Positions 22,596-36,357 of a DNA stretch of 64,000 bases are shown in pieces. Every line of letters starts with the position of its first letter. Positions within the stretch are counted from its first letter, which is position 1. This DNA is from Phaeosaccion multiseriatum (Eukaryota; Protista; Ochrophyta, other classes), in assembly GCA_965112735.1 (NCBI GenBank), contig OZ218957.1:1-64000 (forward strand), written 5' to 3'. Below the pieces are notes generated by a model. That model was not told where the DNA came from. It made no database searches and saw nothing but the letters and a program-made list of their open reading frames with translations. The position numbers and the translations under genes were made by a program.

Positions 22596-25500
22596 ATGTC
22601 CATGTATGGCACTTTGGACATCTCCCTGCATCTGCACCGCTTCCTCAACATCGACCTCTTCAGCAGGGGGGTGTACTCCATCCGAGCGAGCCTCTACGCG
22701 GAGGTCGAGACCCAACCCGGCGAGTTGTCTGAGGCGGGGGACGGCGGCAGCAGTCAGCAGGGGAAGGGCCAGGCGAATCGAAGCAGTAGCAGTAACAACA
22801 AAGAAAAAGGGAGGAATAGCAATAGCGGTAGTGGTAGCGGTAGCGCCAGTGGCAGCGGCGGCATAAGCGGAGGGGGGGGCGGCAAAGCAGGTGCTAGCAG
22901 CAGCGGCACAGGGGGCAGCGGAGGCAAGTCTCGCGTCAGCGCCATCCCCTACGGCTGCTTCAGCCGCCCCTCCACCCTCGGGCACCAGGTGGGCAAGCGC
23001 CAACTTCCCCTGTTCGAGGATCCGCGCATGTCCCAGGAGGGAAGCATCCAGGGAAGCACCTACTGCAGCAGGATGTTCCTAGTGCGTTACAGGGACGAGG
23101 AAGTGGAGCTCAACGAGGTCGTGCAGTTTCAGTTTCTCACAGGTGCGTGGGTGGCAGTGGGTGGGGGGATGGGTGGGCGCGTGCAAGGACGCAAGGTCTT
23201 GTCGCCGGAGAGGACGATCAGCTCCTTGCTGCGGCTGTGGCTGTGGAAGGTCTCTCTCCACCCTTCCCTCTTGGTCTACTTCATATACTTCATACAGCTG
23301 CTGAGCTGAAGACGTCCTCCCCCCCCTCCTATCCACCGCCATCCACGGTCATCGCTTCCCCGCCGCTCTCGGATGTGCTGCTGGTGCGCTATCCTCCCCT
23401 CCCCTCCCTCTCCTCTCCCTTCTCCCTCAATGCTCATCTGTTCAGGGCTTGCTGTGGGCCGGCGATTGGCAGTGCAGCAGTCAGTTGTGCTCCAACTCGA
23501 TCTCATGTTTGCAAAGTTCCCTGACGACCCCAAGGAGGGAGACAACAGGGGAAGGGGGGAGGGAGGGGCAGGGGGCGGCGCTACGAGGGTCAGGAGCAGG
23601 AGCAGAAGCAGGAGCAGGAGCAGGAGTCCGATGCCTCCAGGACAGCAGCAGGGGGGGGCGGGGGGCATTGGAGGCGGGGGCGGGCAATCGCAGTGGTATG
23701 GGCAGGGACAGGCCCCCACGGAAGAGGAACACTTGGAGGAGCCGGGTTTCGAGTTCGAACCCGTGTCGACTCAAAAGTTTGTCATTGCTTTGAAGCAGAC
23801 GCTGGGCTGCATGCACGACTACCTGCCCGTTACATTTGACGACTTGCACTTCTGCCAGGTAAGTTACTGGGTGCCTGGGTGGATGCGTGGGTGGGTGCGT
23901 GGGTGTGTAGGTGTGTGTGTGTGGGGGGGGGGGTAGATGGTTGGGTGGGTTGGTGTCGGGATGGGAAGAGGTCGATTTTTCATAGTTAGCTGGCGGGGGG
24001 GCTTCGTTTTGGGCTGGGGAGGGATCGATTTTGGTCAGGGGGAGGGGTCGATTCTGGCTGGGTGTGTGTGCGTGCGTGCGTGTTGTGTGAGCGATTTCGT
24101 TTCGTGGATGTGCTGGTGATCTTCCAGGACGTGTAACGGGTTCTCATCTATATACCTCCAACTGGGGCTAGAAAGGGGACCAAGCAAGGCGCCTCTCTGC
24201 CCCCCTCCCACACGGCCTCTCGAACATGTGCTCCCAACTGGATCCACCCCGGGGGGGGGGGGGGTACACCTGTGGTCATGTGGTCGATACACCTCGTCCA
24301 GGGGGGCTAACGATCTGTAACTGCGAACTGCAACTCTCTGTCTCTCTGTTTTCCCGACACAGGTTGACGCAATGTTGCACATCATGTTCGTGAATATTAA
24401 GCACAGAAAGTCGGTGTACAGGAAGGAAAGGGGGCAAGTAGAGGAGGCCCAGCGCCAGGGCAAGAGGGGCAAAAAGAGGCAGGAGAAAGAGGTGAGCAAG
24501 TGAGGGAGTGGGTGAGAAGTGAGGGGGTGAGTTAGGGAGTGGGTGAGTACGCGAGCGAGGGAGAGAGGGAGGGAGGGAGGCAGGCAGAGAGGGAGGCAGG
24601 CTGAGAGGCAGTAAGTGAGCGAGTGAGTGAGTGAGTGAGCCAATCTGGGGGGGAGGGGGGCTTTGTGCTGGAGGCAAGTCCGTCCACCTGTAGGGGCGAC
24701 TCGTCGTCTTGACTCGTCTCGCTTTACCCACCACTGTGCCACAGACCCGAGGAAGGATGAGCCCCGCATACTGCACCCGAATGCGTAACCGTAAACCCCC
24801 TCTCCCCCCTCCCTTGCACCCCCTGCGCTCCCCCTTCTCCTTCTCCTTCTCCTTCTACCCTTCTATACTTCACTTCCTCCCCTTTTCTCTCTCTAACTGT
24901 GGTCACCTCTGGCACTCGTCCACCCACCCTTTCATCCATTGCCTCTCTCCTCTCCTCTCCTCTCCTCCCCCCCCCTCCCTTTCGAAGGCCCAAATCGAAA
25001 AGGACTTGGCCCCCTCGGGAAATACGGCTCCTCCCCCCCGGGGACTCTTCCGCCGCCTCATGGGGAGGTACGTTGATCTAAGTATGTTGATATGGCTCAT
25101 CCCACTGTTGATATGGCTCCATCCCACTACTCCCACGTCCTGCGTGTGTATATACATATGTGTGTGTGTGTGTGTGTGGTGTGCTTGGGAGGGCGTGTTC
25201 CCGCCTCTTACCACCAACTCGTATGCCATGAACAAGCTTCCTCACCTCCCCTCCCATCCCCTCACTGGCCTGCTCGCTCCTCCTTCTCTCTTCTTTCTCT
25301 TCTGCTCTGTCTGCCCCCCTTCCAACCCCCCCCCTGAGAAGGGACAGCGGTGGAAACAAAGGCAATGGAGGCGACAGTTACAGCAGTGGTAGCACCAACA
25401 GCGGCGGCGGTGGCTTGAGCGGCGGCAGCAGATTCATAGACGGCAGCAACCCCCTAAGCGCTGCGAGGGGGAGCCCCATGCGCGGAGGGATGGGCGGAGG

Positions 25501-28500
25501 GGGCGCCACGGCCAATGGGAGTGACGGGGGCAACAATTCCATCATGTACGCGCCCCCCAGCGTGGAAACCTTGTCCATCTCCAGGTCAGTTTCAGTTTCA
25601 GTTTCAGTTTCAGTTTCCGACCTTTTTAGTTAAGGTCTTGCGTGGTGTGTGTACGTGTGTGTGTGTACTGCCACCCTTACCCCTCGCCCTTGCCCTTGCC
25701 CTCCCTCTGCTTTGCCTGCGCTCCCCGTACACCTCCACTGCTCTGCCTATATGCCTGTGTCTGCACAGCTCCAGCAGCGGGCCTGCCTCGGGCCTGATGC
25801 ACGCCATTTCGGACTGGGACAGTCGCCAACTGCACAGCGGAGTCACAACCGTCACAGATACCAGCAGCAGCACGGAGGATGATGGCTCTGACATGATGGA
25901 TCAGGTACATGAAACTATATTGAGGTGAAATGCACTGGCTTGCATGTCACTGTAAGGGGGTGAAACGTTTTGACTTGTGGGAATTACGCAATTGTGTGTG
26001 TGGTTGTGTATGTGTGTGTGGTTGTGTGTATGCATGTGTGTGTTGTGTGAGAGAGTATATGTGTATGTTTACAATGGAGCGTCGCACTGCACTTTCCTCT
26101 GCTCGACTCTGCTTTACGCTACTCTGTTCTTCTCTGCTCCTCTCTGTTCTTCTCTGGTCCTCCACTCTGCTCTGCTCGACTCTTCTCTACTTCACTCGAC
26201 TCCACTCCACTCTGCTTCCCTCTCCTCCACTCGGATTTCCTCCACCTAACTCTACTCTCTCCGCTCTGCATCTACTCGACTCTGGTCTACTCTGCTGTAC
26301 TGTACCCTCACCCCCCTCCCCCCTCTGTCGGATCACCACTACCCCCCCCTTCAGAGCTGCTACGCCGCCATGTTCCGTCAGACGGAGGTAATGCGCTCAC
26401 TGAGGGAAAGCCTCGCGCAGAGGGGCATCAGCGAGGGGGAGAGGGGCACATACAAAAGGGCGGCCACCTACAGGTATATGGGTATAGACAGCGCATGGGC
26501 AGGCATGTGGGCAGGCTTATAGGCAGGTATATGGGCATGAGTTGAGGGCAGGCACATGGGCAGGCATATGGGCAGATCTGTGGGCAGGCAGATGGGCAGG
26601 CATATGGGCAGGCAGATGGGCAAGCCTATAGACAGCCATGTGGGCAAGGCAGAGGCAGGTATACGGGCACATAGAGGCAGGCAGATGGGCACGTAGAGGC
26701 CGGCACCTACAAGCATCTAGCGTTTACTCCTCCCTCCCTCTCTCCCCTCCACCCTTCCCTCATTCCCCTCCTCCCCCCCTCCCTCCCCGTATGCCCAATC
26801 CCCCATCTGTGAGAAGGTTCTTCCTGGTGCCCCTGCTGGACGCCCTTGAGATTCATTGCGCTACGCTTGATTGGCTTGTGAACATGTTGCCACAGAAGCT
26901 CCTCGCCCTGCCTGAGCAGAGGTGGGTGTGGGTGTGGGTGAGCGTGTGGGTGTGTGTGCGTGCGTGCGTGGGTGGGTGTGTTCTGAAGGCAGGGAGCGAA
27001 AGAAGCTTGCACTCGTTGCGCCTTTGGGGGTCGCTCCATATGAAACCTTCTCACACGCCCCCCCCTCCCTCTCTCCCTTCTACCCTCCCCCTCTTCCACG
27101 TCCCTTCCTCTCTACCCATCCACTGCCATCCCCCCATCAGCTACCTCCTGGCGGCCCCCCCTGTGTCCACGAAGGCCTCGATATACCGCATCCTCACCAT
27201 GCTGCTCGAGGGGGGCATGAATCGCACCCCCTACAAGGGCCTGGAGAGGCGCTTCTGCGGCCCGGATATGGTCGTTAGGGTATGTCAATGAAAGAGAGAG
27301 AATGTGTGTACACTCCTCCTCCTCCTCCTCCTCCTCCTTGTCTTCCTCCCTATAACTCCACTCCCTCCCTCCCTCCCTCCCTCCCCCTCAGGCCCCCCAG
27401 GACTTGCCACGCACGCACCTGCGCACAGAGGAGGACCTCCTCGAACTCGTGGCCATGGACCTTGAGGACGACGAGAGCCTCACGGTGTGTAATCTGTTGT
27501 GTCATTTGTGATATACGCCATTTGTGACCATCCCGCTTTAAAGCAAGCTTTGTTGGAAGAGAGGTATATAATGCTGTGCATGGGGAATTTACTTCCCCTG
27601 CCGCTTCCCTCCTGACTTACCTACAACTTGATTTCTCCAACTAACTTAGTGACCTCCAACTGACTTACGTCCACTTGATTCCTCCACTTGATTCCTCCAA
27701 CTTGGTTACCTCCAACTGACTTTATGTACCACCCTATTCCCAACCCCACCATTGGAGTAAGCACAGAAGCAAAGGGGGTTCGACATTGAGGAGGTCACAT
27801 AACTGAAAACTGAAAACTGAAAACTGAAACCCCCGCTCGCCAGGTGGCCATCGAGAGAGACATCCATCTGTGCGCCAAGCTGTGCTTCGTGGAGTGGCAG
27901 TCCTTCGTGCACGGCCTGCCCTCGGTGGCCTCGCTGCTCACCAGGGAGATGCGCTCGCTCTGGCAGGTTAGTAAGTCAGCAAGTCGGTGGGTGGGTGCGT
28001 GTGAAACTCAAACTCGTGTTTTCGTGAGCGGAATGTCTCCTTGCTCCCCCACATGGCGCTCCTTCTGATCCTTCCACTCCCTTTCCCTTCCTACACTGCA
28101 CCGTACAACCAACTCGTTAGGTGCAAATGAAGCAGCGCTGGGCCTGCCAGACCATCCTGCAGCAGAGCCATTTAGAGGAGCCGGCAGAGGTGAGAGCTTA
28201 GAGAGCGAGGGGGGGCAGGATGGCAGTGGCAGTGGGTGGGGGGACGGCACTGGATGGGTGGTGCAATGGATGCTGTCCATCCACAGAAGCGTCCAAAGCA
28301 TTCGAACCAGCACAAGTATGCGAGGCATGAATGGGCACTCAAACTGGCACTCAAACTGGACCTCCTAACGGAATCTGCAAACGCAAACTGGGCGGATCTT
28401 TAGGTGGGGGCGGACGGGCTGGGCTGGGGTGTGCCGGGCTTCTACACGTTCGAAGATGAGCTCGACGGGGAGGGCTTCTACAGGTGGGTGTGTTGGTGAT

Positions 28501-29367
28501 CCAGGGCCAGGGCTGTTGCTTCGGTATCCTCTTGAGTGACGTCATCAGCTTGTATGCGGCATGGCGTGGGTAGCATCTTCGGGCGCAAGTACCATTAAAA
28601 ACTGAAAGAACTGTTCGCTAAGACCTGAAACTGCACATTGTTACATCGATTTGGCAGGCGCATAAAGGATTCCGTGGGGCAGACCACGGAACCGTTCCAG
28701 ATGCACGTCATCGATCTCCTCACCTTCGAGCAGACCCACAAGCTCCCCATCGCGCTGCTTCAGAGCTATGCAGGTGGGTGCAGGGTATGGGATCTCCGCT
28801 CCGTCTCCCTGTCTTCTCTCCCTCTCTTCTCTCTTCTCTCCCTCTCCCTCTCTCCAGAAGCACCACCCGCCATGATCATGTACTACAAGTGCCGATATCG
28901 CTTACTGTACAAGAGCATGGTCCCACGCTGCCATTCATCTGCTGCCATCTCTGCCCCTAAATCCCCTGTCTGCTCTGCTCTGCTCTGCTCTCCCCATATA
29001 CCTGCCCTCCCCTCTGCCCATATACCTGTACAGGCGGCATGAGCGGCATTCTGAACCGTCTGGGAGAACTCACCCCTCCCCTCCCCGTGCTGAGGGGCAG
29101 CAGCGGCAGTGCTACTGATGGCAGTAATGGCTCGAGCAACTCTCAGGCACAGCCTTATCGCAAGAGTAAGCTCAACGACGGCACAGATACAGTCCTCAGG
29201 CACACGGAGCAGTCCAGCAACTTGCAGAGTAAGTCAGTAAAGAGGAGTGAGAGTTCAGTTTCCGTTACCAACTGTATGCTACCCTGTGCCCCTCAACATC
29301 GAAGGTTTTTTCGAGCGCAACACGTGTTCCTCGCCCAGGGGGGCAAGGCCGCTGCGCAGTGAATCCG

Positions 29368-29409
<42 letters not shown>

Positions 29410-32400
29410 GAGGAGGAGGAGGAGGAGGAGGAGGAGGAGGAGGAGGACAAGGGGGGTTGGGGAGGGGGGCGGGAGGAGGGGGGGGTGACGAAAGGGACCC
29501 TGAATGGACTGCGAGTATGCCACCACCACCCCCCGTGCAATTGCGCGGAGAGCAGAGGCACAACCCTCTTTATGCCCCAGGGGGGAGTGGCCCAGGAGGT
29601 CGCAGGAGGAGAGAAGATAACCTCTCAATCAACAGCAATATGAGCAGCGCAACTGCGAGTAGCGGTGATGACACGGAAGAGAGCATTCACTTCTCAGTGG
29701 GTAGTCCCGCTGCCGGAGTGCGAGCAGTTGATGGCAGTGGAGGGGCGGGGGGGGGGGAGGGTCCGATGGCGGCGGCAGCAGGCGTTTCGCCGGGGGGGAT
29801 TAATATCAACGGAGAAGGAGGTGAGGAAGGGAGGGAGGGAGGGGAGAGAGCAGGTCGCGGAAGAGCCCACCCTACTTTCACCCTAATTTCTTGTTCCTTT
29901 TGAGATCTAACGTTCTTCGCTATGGAGGGAGGGAGAGAGGGAAGCGCGAAGGGGGGAGGGGGGGAGGGAGGAGGGGAAGAAAGGGAGGGAGGGGACACGT
30001 ATCACAGCATGTCATGCATTCCCCCTACACCACTGACGTGCACCACTGATGTGCACCACTGACGTACACCACTGACGTGCCCTTTTCTCCCCCGTCCTCC
30101 GCTATCCCTCCTTCCTTCTCCGATTACGACAGACGACCGCAGACGAATACAAGCAGGGAACGGGGAAGCTCAACAACAAGCTCAACAACAAGCTCAAAAC
30201 CGCCTCCAAAACCAAGTGCAACTTGACGATCGGACGGCGGCTGCCATTGCCGCTGCCTTACGCGCCCCTTCCGCGAGGGGGGCTAACAGACGCCCCACAG
30301 GGGGAGGGGTTGGCAGAGCTGACGGAGTAGGGCAGGGGCGGGGGGGGGGGCTGGGGGAGGAGCAGGAGCAGGAGCAGGAGGGGGAGGGGGAGGAGGAGGA
30401 CGCGTATCCTTTTGGGGTGCCCCCCGTACCTCACATTGTGGTGCTGCATCACGGTTTCCACGGCACGCCTTTCGACATGAGGCTTATTAGGAACTATCTT
30501 CGGCTACTGCTTCCGACGTGCCACATACTCAATGCAGAGTGTAATCAGGTGAGTGGGTGGGTGGCTGGGTGGCTGGGTGAGTGGCTGGCTGGGTGGGTGA
30601 GTGGGTTGGTGAGTGGGTGGGTGAGTGGGTGAGTGGGTGAGTGGGTGAGTGGGTGGGTGAGTGGGTGAGTGTGTGGTAAGGAGTCACTGAGTGTGTCCCC
30701 TCAACCCATCCACTGCCATCCCAGGTGGACCCCAACGCGTCGATCCGCACGATGGGGGAGCGCCTCGCGGAGGAATTCAACACTTTCGTCCTCGGAAAGT
30801 GCCCGGAGCTCGCTGACCCGCAGGTAAGTCAATGGATGGGTGTGTAAGTGTGACTGTGAGTGTGTGTTTGTGTGTGTGCATGTATGTGCGTGTATATATA
30901 TTTGTGCGTGCGTGTGTGTATTGTATCCAGTCCTTCTTCTGTGGAGCGACAACTCGAACTTACACTCCCCCCTCAACTAGAGCTCAAACTCAGCACTCAA
31001 ACTTCAGCTTTAAACTGAAACTCAAACTCCTGTATGCAGATGGAGGGCCGAGTGACGTTCGTTGGGCACAGTGCAGGTGCGGTGATCCTCCGTGCGGCGC
31101 TGACCGTTGCGTCTCTGCGGCCCTTCCTCTCCAAGATGCACGCCTTCATCTCCATCTCCGGCCCCCACCTGGGGACGCTATACAGGTAAGGGAGGGGAGG
31201 GGATGGCAGTGGATGGATGGATGGCAGTGGGCGGGTGGCAGTGGATGGATCGCCACACACACACACACACACATACGCACACGCACACTTTCTAGTCTCT
31301 CCTCCCTCCACACAAACATCCTCCAGCTCCACCGTAGTGCAAACGGGCATATGGGCGATGAAGAAGTGGAGCCGCTCCTCCATTCTCAACGAGCTGTGCC
31401 TCACTGACGCGGCGAGTGGCAATGTGGCGGACTCTCTGCTGTACTGGCTCACCACGCAGGTCAGTCAATCAGTCAATCAGTCAATCAGTCATCAGTGAGT
31501 GAGTGACTGAGTCAAGAGCAAGCCTCCCTTCCCGTGTGCCTCTTCTCCCCACCGATATGCCTCTACTCAGCCCTCTTTCGAGTGGACCTAAGCTTTGTGG
31601 TGCTTGTGATGTGCTTCCCATATGCCTGCACTCACCACCCTCCATGTGCCTGCATCCCCATACGCCTTTACTCAGCCCTCCTTCGAATACTTCAGCTACG
31701 TGGTGCTTGTATCTGCCCGCAAGGACGAGTATGTGCCGATGCACAGCGCGAGGATTCAATGCTGCGAGGCCGCCATCAAGGACGCGCGGAAGGGGAACGC
31801 CACAGGTGAGGGAGGTTTTCATGTTGAAGTTGAAGTTTATGTAACCTCATCAACATCGACATCGAGCCCAAAAATACAATGGGGTTGATATCGAAGGTCT
31901 GTGCTTCTTCGCGAGGCGGGCTGAGGGAGGGCAGAAAAGGAAGGCCCGAAACCTTGACACATCATTGTCCAGGATAGACTGTGGGCTGTGGGATGTATGA
32001 CCAACTGCTGTGGCTTGTAGGCGGTGGACTCCAAACTGGCCTTCTTACGGAATCAGTCTGATTCTCTTCGTTTACGACCGCTCCTTGCTTCCGTTGTCCC
32101 TTCCTCCCTTCCTCCCGTCCTTCCTCCCACCCTTCCTTCCTTCCTTCCTTCCTTCCTTCCTTTCTTCCTAAATCCGTCCGAATCCTAACCCCCTCTATCC
32201 CCCCCCCCCCCCAAGGGCGGCGTATGGCTGAGATGGTGCAGAACCTGCTCGGCCCCCTGGACAAGTGCCGTGTGTTCCGCATGAACCTCTACTCGCTCTT
32301 CGAGGAGGCAAACTTCGACACCATGATTGGCAGAGCGGGTTAGTCGTAAGGCAACGATGGGCAGAGCGGGGTAGTCGTAAGGCAACGATTGGCAGAGCGG

Positions 32401-32451
32401 GGTAGTCGCAACGCAATGATGGCACTGAGTGGGCAGATGGGTGTGTGTCTG

Positions 32452-32487
<36 letters not shown>

Positions 32488-32659
32488 TAAACACTCACTT
32501 GTCTCAGTGTCAATGTTCTAATCTCCTCCATCCCTCCGTCCCTCCGTCCCTCCCCCCTGTGCCCATACAGCTCACATCGGCATTTTGGATTCTCCTCAGC
32601 TTGTGCAGTTGGTACTCTGTTCGCTGCACGACTTCCTCTCCCCCCCCTCCACAGCCTAA
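22596..32659 (+). CDS. FAM135-like protein (N-terminal DUF3657-type region, C-terminal DUF676 alpha/beta-hydrolase/lipase), ~21 exons
   Basis: N-terminal LHLHRFLNIDLFSRGVYSIRASL and SRMFLVRYRDEEVELNE; HIVVLHHGFHGTPFDMRLIRNYL; nucleophile motif FVGHSAG (~31058); ISGPHLG; C-terminal IGRAAHIGILDS. TAA at 32657-32659. Confidence 0.88.
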
Positions 32660-33744
32660 AGCCTCGCCACCTGTGACTCGCGTATCACCATCTGTTGTGA
32701 CTCGTGCTGGTGATGATGCTGTGTCTTTGTGCACACGGGACACTCAGCGAGAGAGGGACACAGAGAGTGTTATGAAAGAGACGAAGAGAGAGACGAGGAG
32801 GCGGGGGGGAGAGAGAGAGAGAGAGAGTGTGTGTGTGTAAAATAGAGGAAGTGAGAGGGAGGGGGAGGTGAGAGAGGGAGAGAGAGAGAGCAGGAGGCGA
32901 GGGGTGTGGGCGGGGCTATGGCGTCTCGGGATGTTTGATCGATGTGGGCGTTTTTCAGGCCTTGGATGGGCCCAGGAATGTTTTGGGAATGTTTTGGGAG
33001 TGTAGGGGCAATTGGCTTGTGTCCATGTATTCGTTGCCCCACTAACCCTGTTGGTCGGCTGCCCTCTCCTTTGTAAGCAGAGGTTACTGAAGGGTTATGT
33101 AAGCAGAGGTGGACACACAAGTAGTGGTTGTGCCGTGGTGGAGAGGGAAGGGATGAGGAGACTGATGAGTTGGCGGGTTAGAAGCACGGTGGTCGGTCCT
33201 GTTGACCAGTGCATTGCGGTACACAGGGCTCCTGAGGGGGTTGGGGTTACCTCTTGATGCTCTCCTCCTCAAGGGTGAGGGGGGGGAACTCCTTGGAAGT
33301 TTCTGCCTTTGGATGTACGAGTATGTGAATGTCCGCCCGATTTTTAGTCTCGGCATTTGTCTAAACGGATGATTCATGTATGTGTGTGTGTGTGGTCTCA
33401 CGGTGGCATGTCCCACCCACACACAACACTCAACACTCGGACTGACATGATGATACGGTACATTTCACGGACTGATCGGTGGAGAGGTGGAGAGGTTTAG
33501 GGTCTTAATTGGGCCTTCTTAGACGAGGTTCAAAATTTATTTAAAGGCGCTTTTATTGATGCTCATGCCTCGCTTGCATCCCATCACAATGCATCAATGG
33601 CAAGACAGATACTGCACCAGCTTACTCATTTTTTTTTCTGATATTGCACAGCTTGCTCAGTTTAAGCTGTGGTCCCTTTGCCTCCATCCTTAAAGTGTCT
33701 TGTCTGTGTGCAAGACATGTAGCTATGGTTTTTCTCTGTGCTGT

Positions 33745-34530
33745 GCTGTCTCACTGTACTCTCTGTGTGTCTGTCTCACTGTACTCTCTGTGTGTCTGTC
33801 TCACTGTACTCTCTGTGTGTTCTGTCTCACTGTACTCTCTGTGTGTCTGTCTCACTGTACTCTCTGTGTGTTCTGTCTCACTGTACTCTCTGTGTGTCTG
33901 TCTCACTGTACTCTCTGTGTGTTCTGTCTCACTGTACTCTCTGTGTGTCTGTCTCACTGTACTCTCTGTGTGTCTGTCTCACTGTACTCTCTGTGTGTCT
34001 GTCTCACTGTACTCTCTGTGTGTCTGTCTCACTGTACTCTCTGTGTGTCTGTCTCACTGTACTCTCTGTGTGTCTGTCTCACTGTACTCTCTGTGTGTCT
34101 GTCTCACTGTACTCTCTGTGTGTCTGTCTCACTGTACTCTCTGTGTGTCTGTCTCACTGTACTCTCTGTGTGTGCTGTCACTGTACTCTCTGTGTGTCTG
34201 TCTCACTGTACTCTCTGTGTGTCTGTCTCACTGTACTCTCTGTGTGTTCTGTCTCACTGTACTCTCTGTGTGTCTGTCTCACTGTACTCTCTGTGTGTCT
34301 GTCTCACTGTACTCTCTGTGTGTCTGTCTCACTGTACTCTCTGTGTGTCTGTCTCACTGTACTCTCTGTGTGTCTGTCTCACTGTACTCTCTGTGTGTCT
34401 GTCTCACTGTACTCTCTGTGTGCCTGTCTCACTGTACTCTCTGTGTGTTCTGTCTCACTGTACTCTCTGTGTGTCTGTCTCACTGTACTCTCTGTGTGTC
34501 TGTCTCACTGTACTCTCTGTGTGTCTGTCT
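33745..34530. repeat. 25-bp minisatellite TGTCTCACTGTACTCTCTGTGTGTC, ~31 copies
   Basis: Direct reading of the tandem units, with occasional 26-bp variants carrying an extra T. Confidence 0.95.
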
Positions 34531-35345
34531 CCCTCATAGACGCAGGGGAGTACTACCGGTTTTTTCGGCTTCTGTACCGTTCTCTCGCTTCCCTCTTTTG
34601 CTGCCGCATAAACTGCTGCTCCTTTTCCGTCTCTTTGTGTATCAGTAGAGACTCTCGTCACCGACCCCGCTTTCCTCTCTCTCTCTCTTCGAAGGCTCAA
34701 TGAGAATATCGAATACGGTCACACCGCGGTGTGGTGCGCCATGGTGATTGATGCTCACACACCCCACCGCCGTTTCGCCAACTCCCTCCCCTAAAGGAAA
34801 GGGGGTCGGGGTGCAAACTTGAGAAGCTCTCACCCATCCGCTGCCATGTGTATCACCACCTGCTCTACGTGTGTGTGTATCGCCAACTGTTCAACACTTG
34901 CGAGTGAGTGTTCTTCTGACCTCCTGGGGGGCGGGCTTTCTGGTTGTGGGTTTCCCCCTGGGTGTGCCCAACGAGTGGACGGTGCGTCCGCCGCCGCTGC
35001 TGCTGATCTTTGGGCTCAGAAGGAGCCCATTCTCACACCGCAGAGCTGTCGTATCGCACTCCGCGTGTTGGTGATGCAGAGCTGTCGCAACACATACCCA
35101 CGCAGGATGGATGGCTGGAGCTGCGGCATCATCTGCCGCGGCTCTCAAAGTCTCTCTCACCGTCTCACCACACCATCAGCTCATCGCGCGGTTCAAGAGC
35201 TCAACACCTGTGGGCAGCTGCTTGCCCCTTGGCCGCCCCGACTGACTTGTAGTGAGTCTCTCTGAAGCGGCAGAAAGCAGGCGGGGGAGGCAACGCAATG
35301 AGCCCTTCCCTTTCTCTCTTCCCTTCCCCTGCTTTCAAAAACCCT

Positions 35346-36357
35346 CTACGTCGCGTAGTGACTGATAGCCACGGCCCCCACCACGACGACGAGGATGACC
35401 CACAGCACCATGCAGATGCGGTCCCTGCGCTTCCACAACCTCCTCCTATGGTCGATGCGCACGTCCCTCTCCACGGCCATGATCTGCAGGGCCCTCTCGC
35501 GCTGCATCTGTGCCATCTTGGTGGACCGCTGCTGTGACGGCCCTTGCCTGGCCTGGTGCAGCATGTACTGCTGGGGGTGCATCTGCTGCACGTGCCGCTG
35601 CTGCTGCTCGCGCTCGGCCCTCGTCAAACCCCCGGCCATGGGCGCTGCAAGCACTCGCTCTGGTGGTGGCCCCTGGCTATGATGCTTCCTCAGTTGGTGT
35701 CGCCTCGCGGCCTCCTCCTGAGGAAAGTGAGGCTGGAGCTTCCCCACCGACATGTGGTGCTGCTTTCGGCGCGCCTCGACGGCAGCAGCGGACAAGGGAT
35801 GCCTGGGCGGCCTGCCTGAGCCCGCAGAAGCCGCAGCCGCTAGTGCTGGGGCCGGTGCGGAAGGGGAAGGGCCTTGGCTGTTATTCGGACTCACCGTCCA
35901 CTCCGTAGAAAGGCTCGTCCCGCTCTCGATGCGGGGCGGGGAGGGACCTGCAATCGTCGGCGGCCCGTTTTCGCTATTGTTCTTGGGGGTGTAATTGATG
36001 TCGTTGTTGTTGTTGTTGTTGCTGCTGCTGCTGCTGCTGCTGTTGTTGTTGTTGCTAGTGATGGCGTCCTGTTGCTCATTTGTATGCCCTCCCTCTCCTT
36101 CCGCTACTGCGCTGCTTCTGCCTGAGGCCCGTCTACCGCTCTCTAAGTCAACAGCGCGAGCCTCTACACCCGTTGTCACCTGTATTCAAGGAAAGTACAA
36201 GCAGGAGAGCGAGCCAGCGGCACCGGTAGCGCGACGGTTCGAAGAGCGTGAGAGGCTTAGTTGAGTTGACTGTAATTCTCCGGGTTTCCTCTCTTCTTCC
36301 TCTCTCCCTTCTCATTCCAGTACTTACCACGGGTTTGCGGCTGAGAAAGCGCAGCAT
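35346..36357 (-). CDS. Hypothetical low-complexity protein with a single C-terminal transmembrane helix (tail-anchored), 2 exons
   Basis: MLRFLSRKPV|GTAAGT intron 36327-36180 ...TACAG|VTTGVEARAVDLESG joins in phase to ORF 35346-36179, which ends RRDRICMVLWVILVVVVGAVAISHYAT*. Confidence 0.65.

Noticed and set aside
33644-35265. Cys-rich ORFs in three frames and ORF 34819-35265
   Set aside because: The first three derive from the 25-bp minisatellite; the last has no recognisable domain or splice support.
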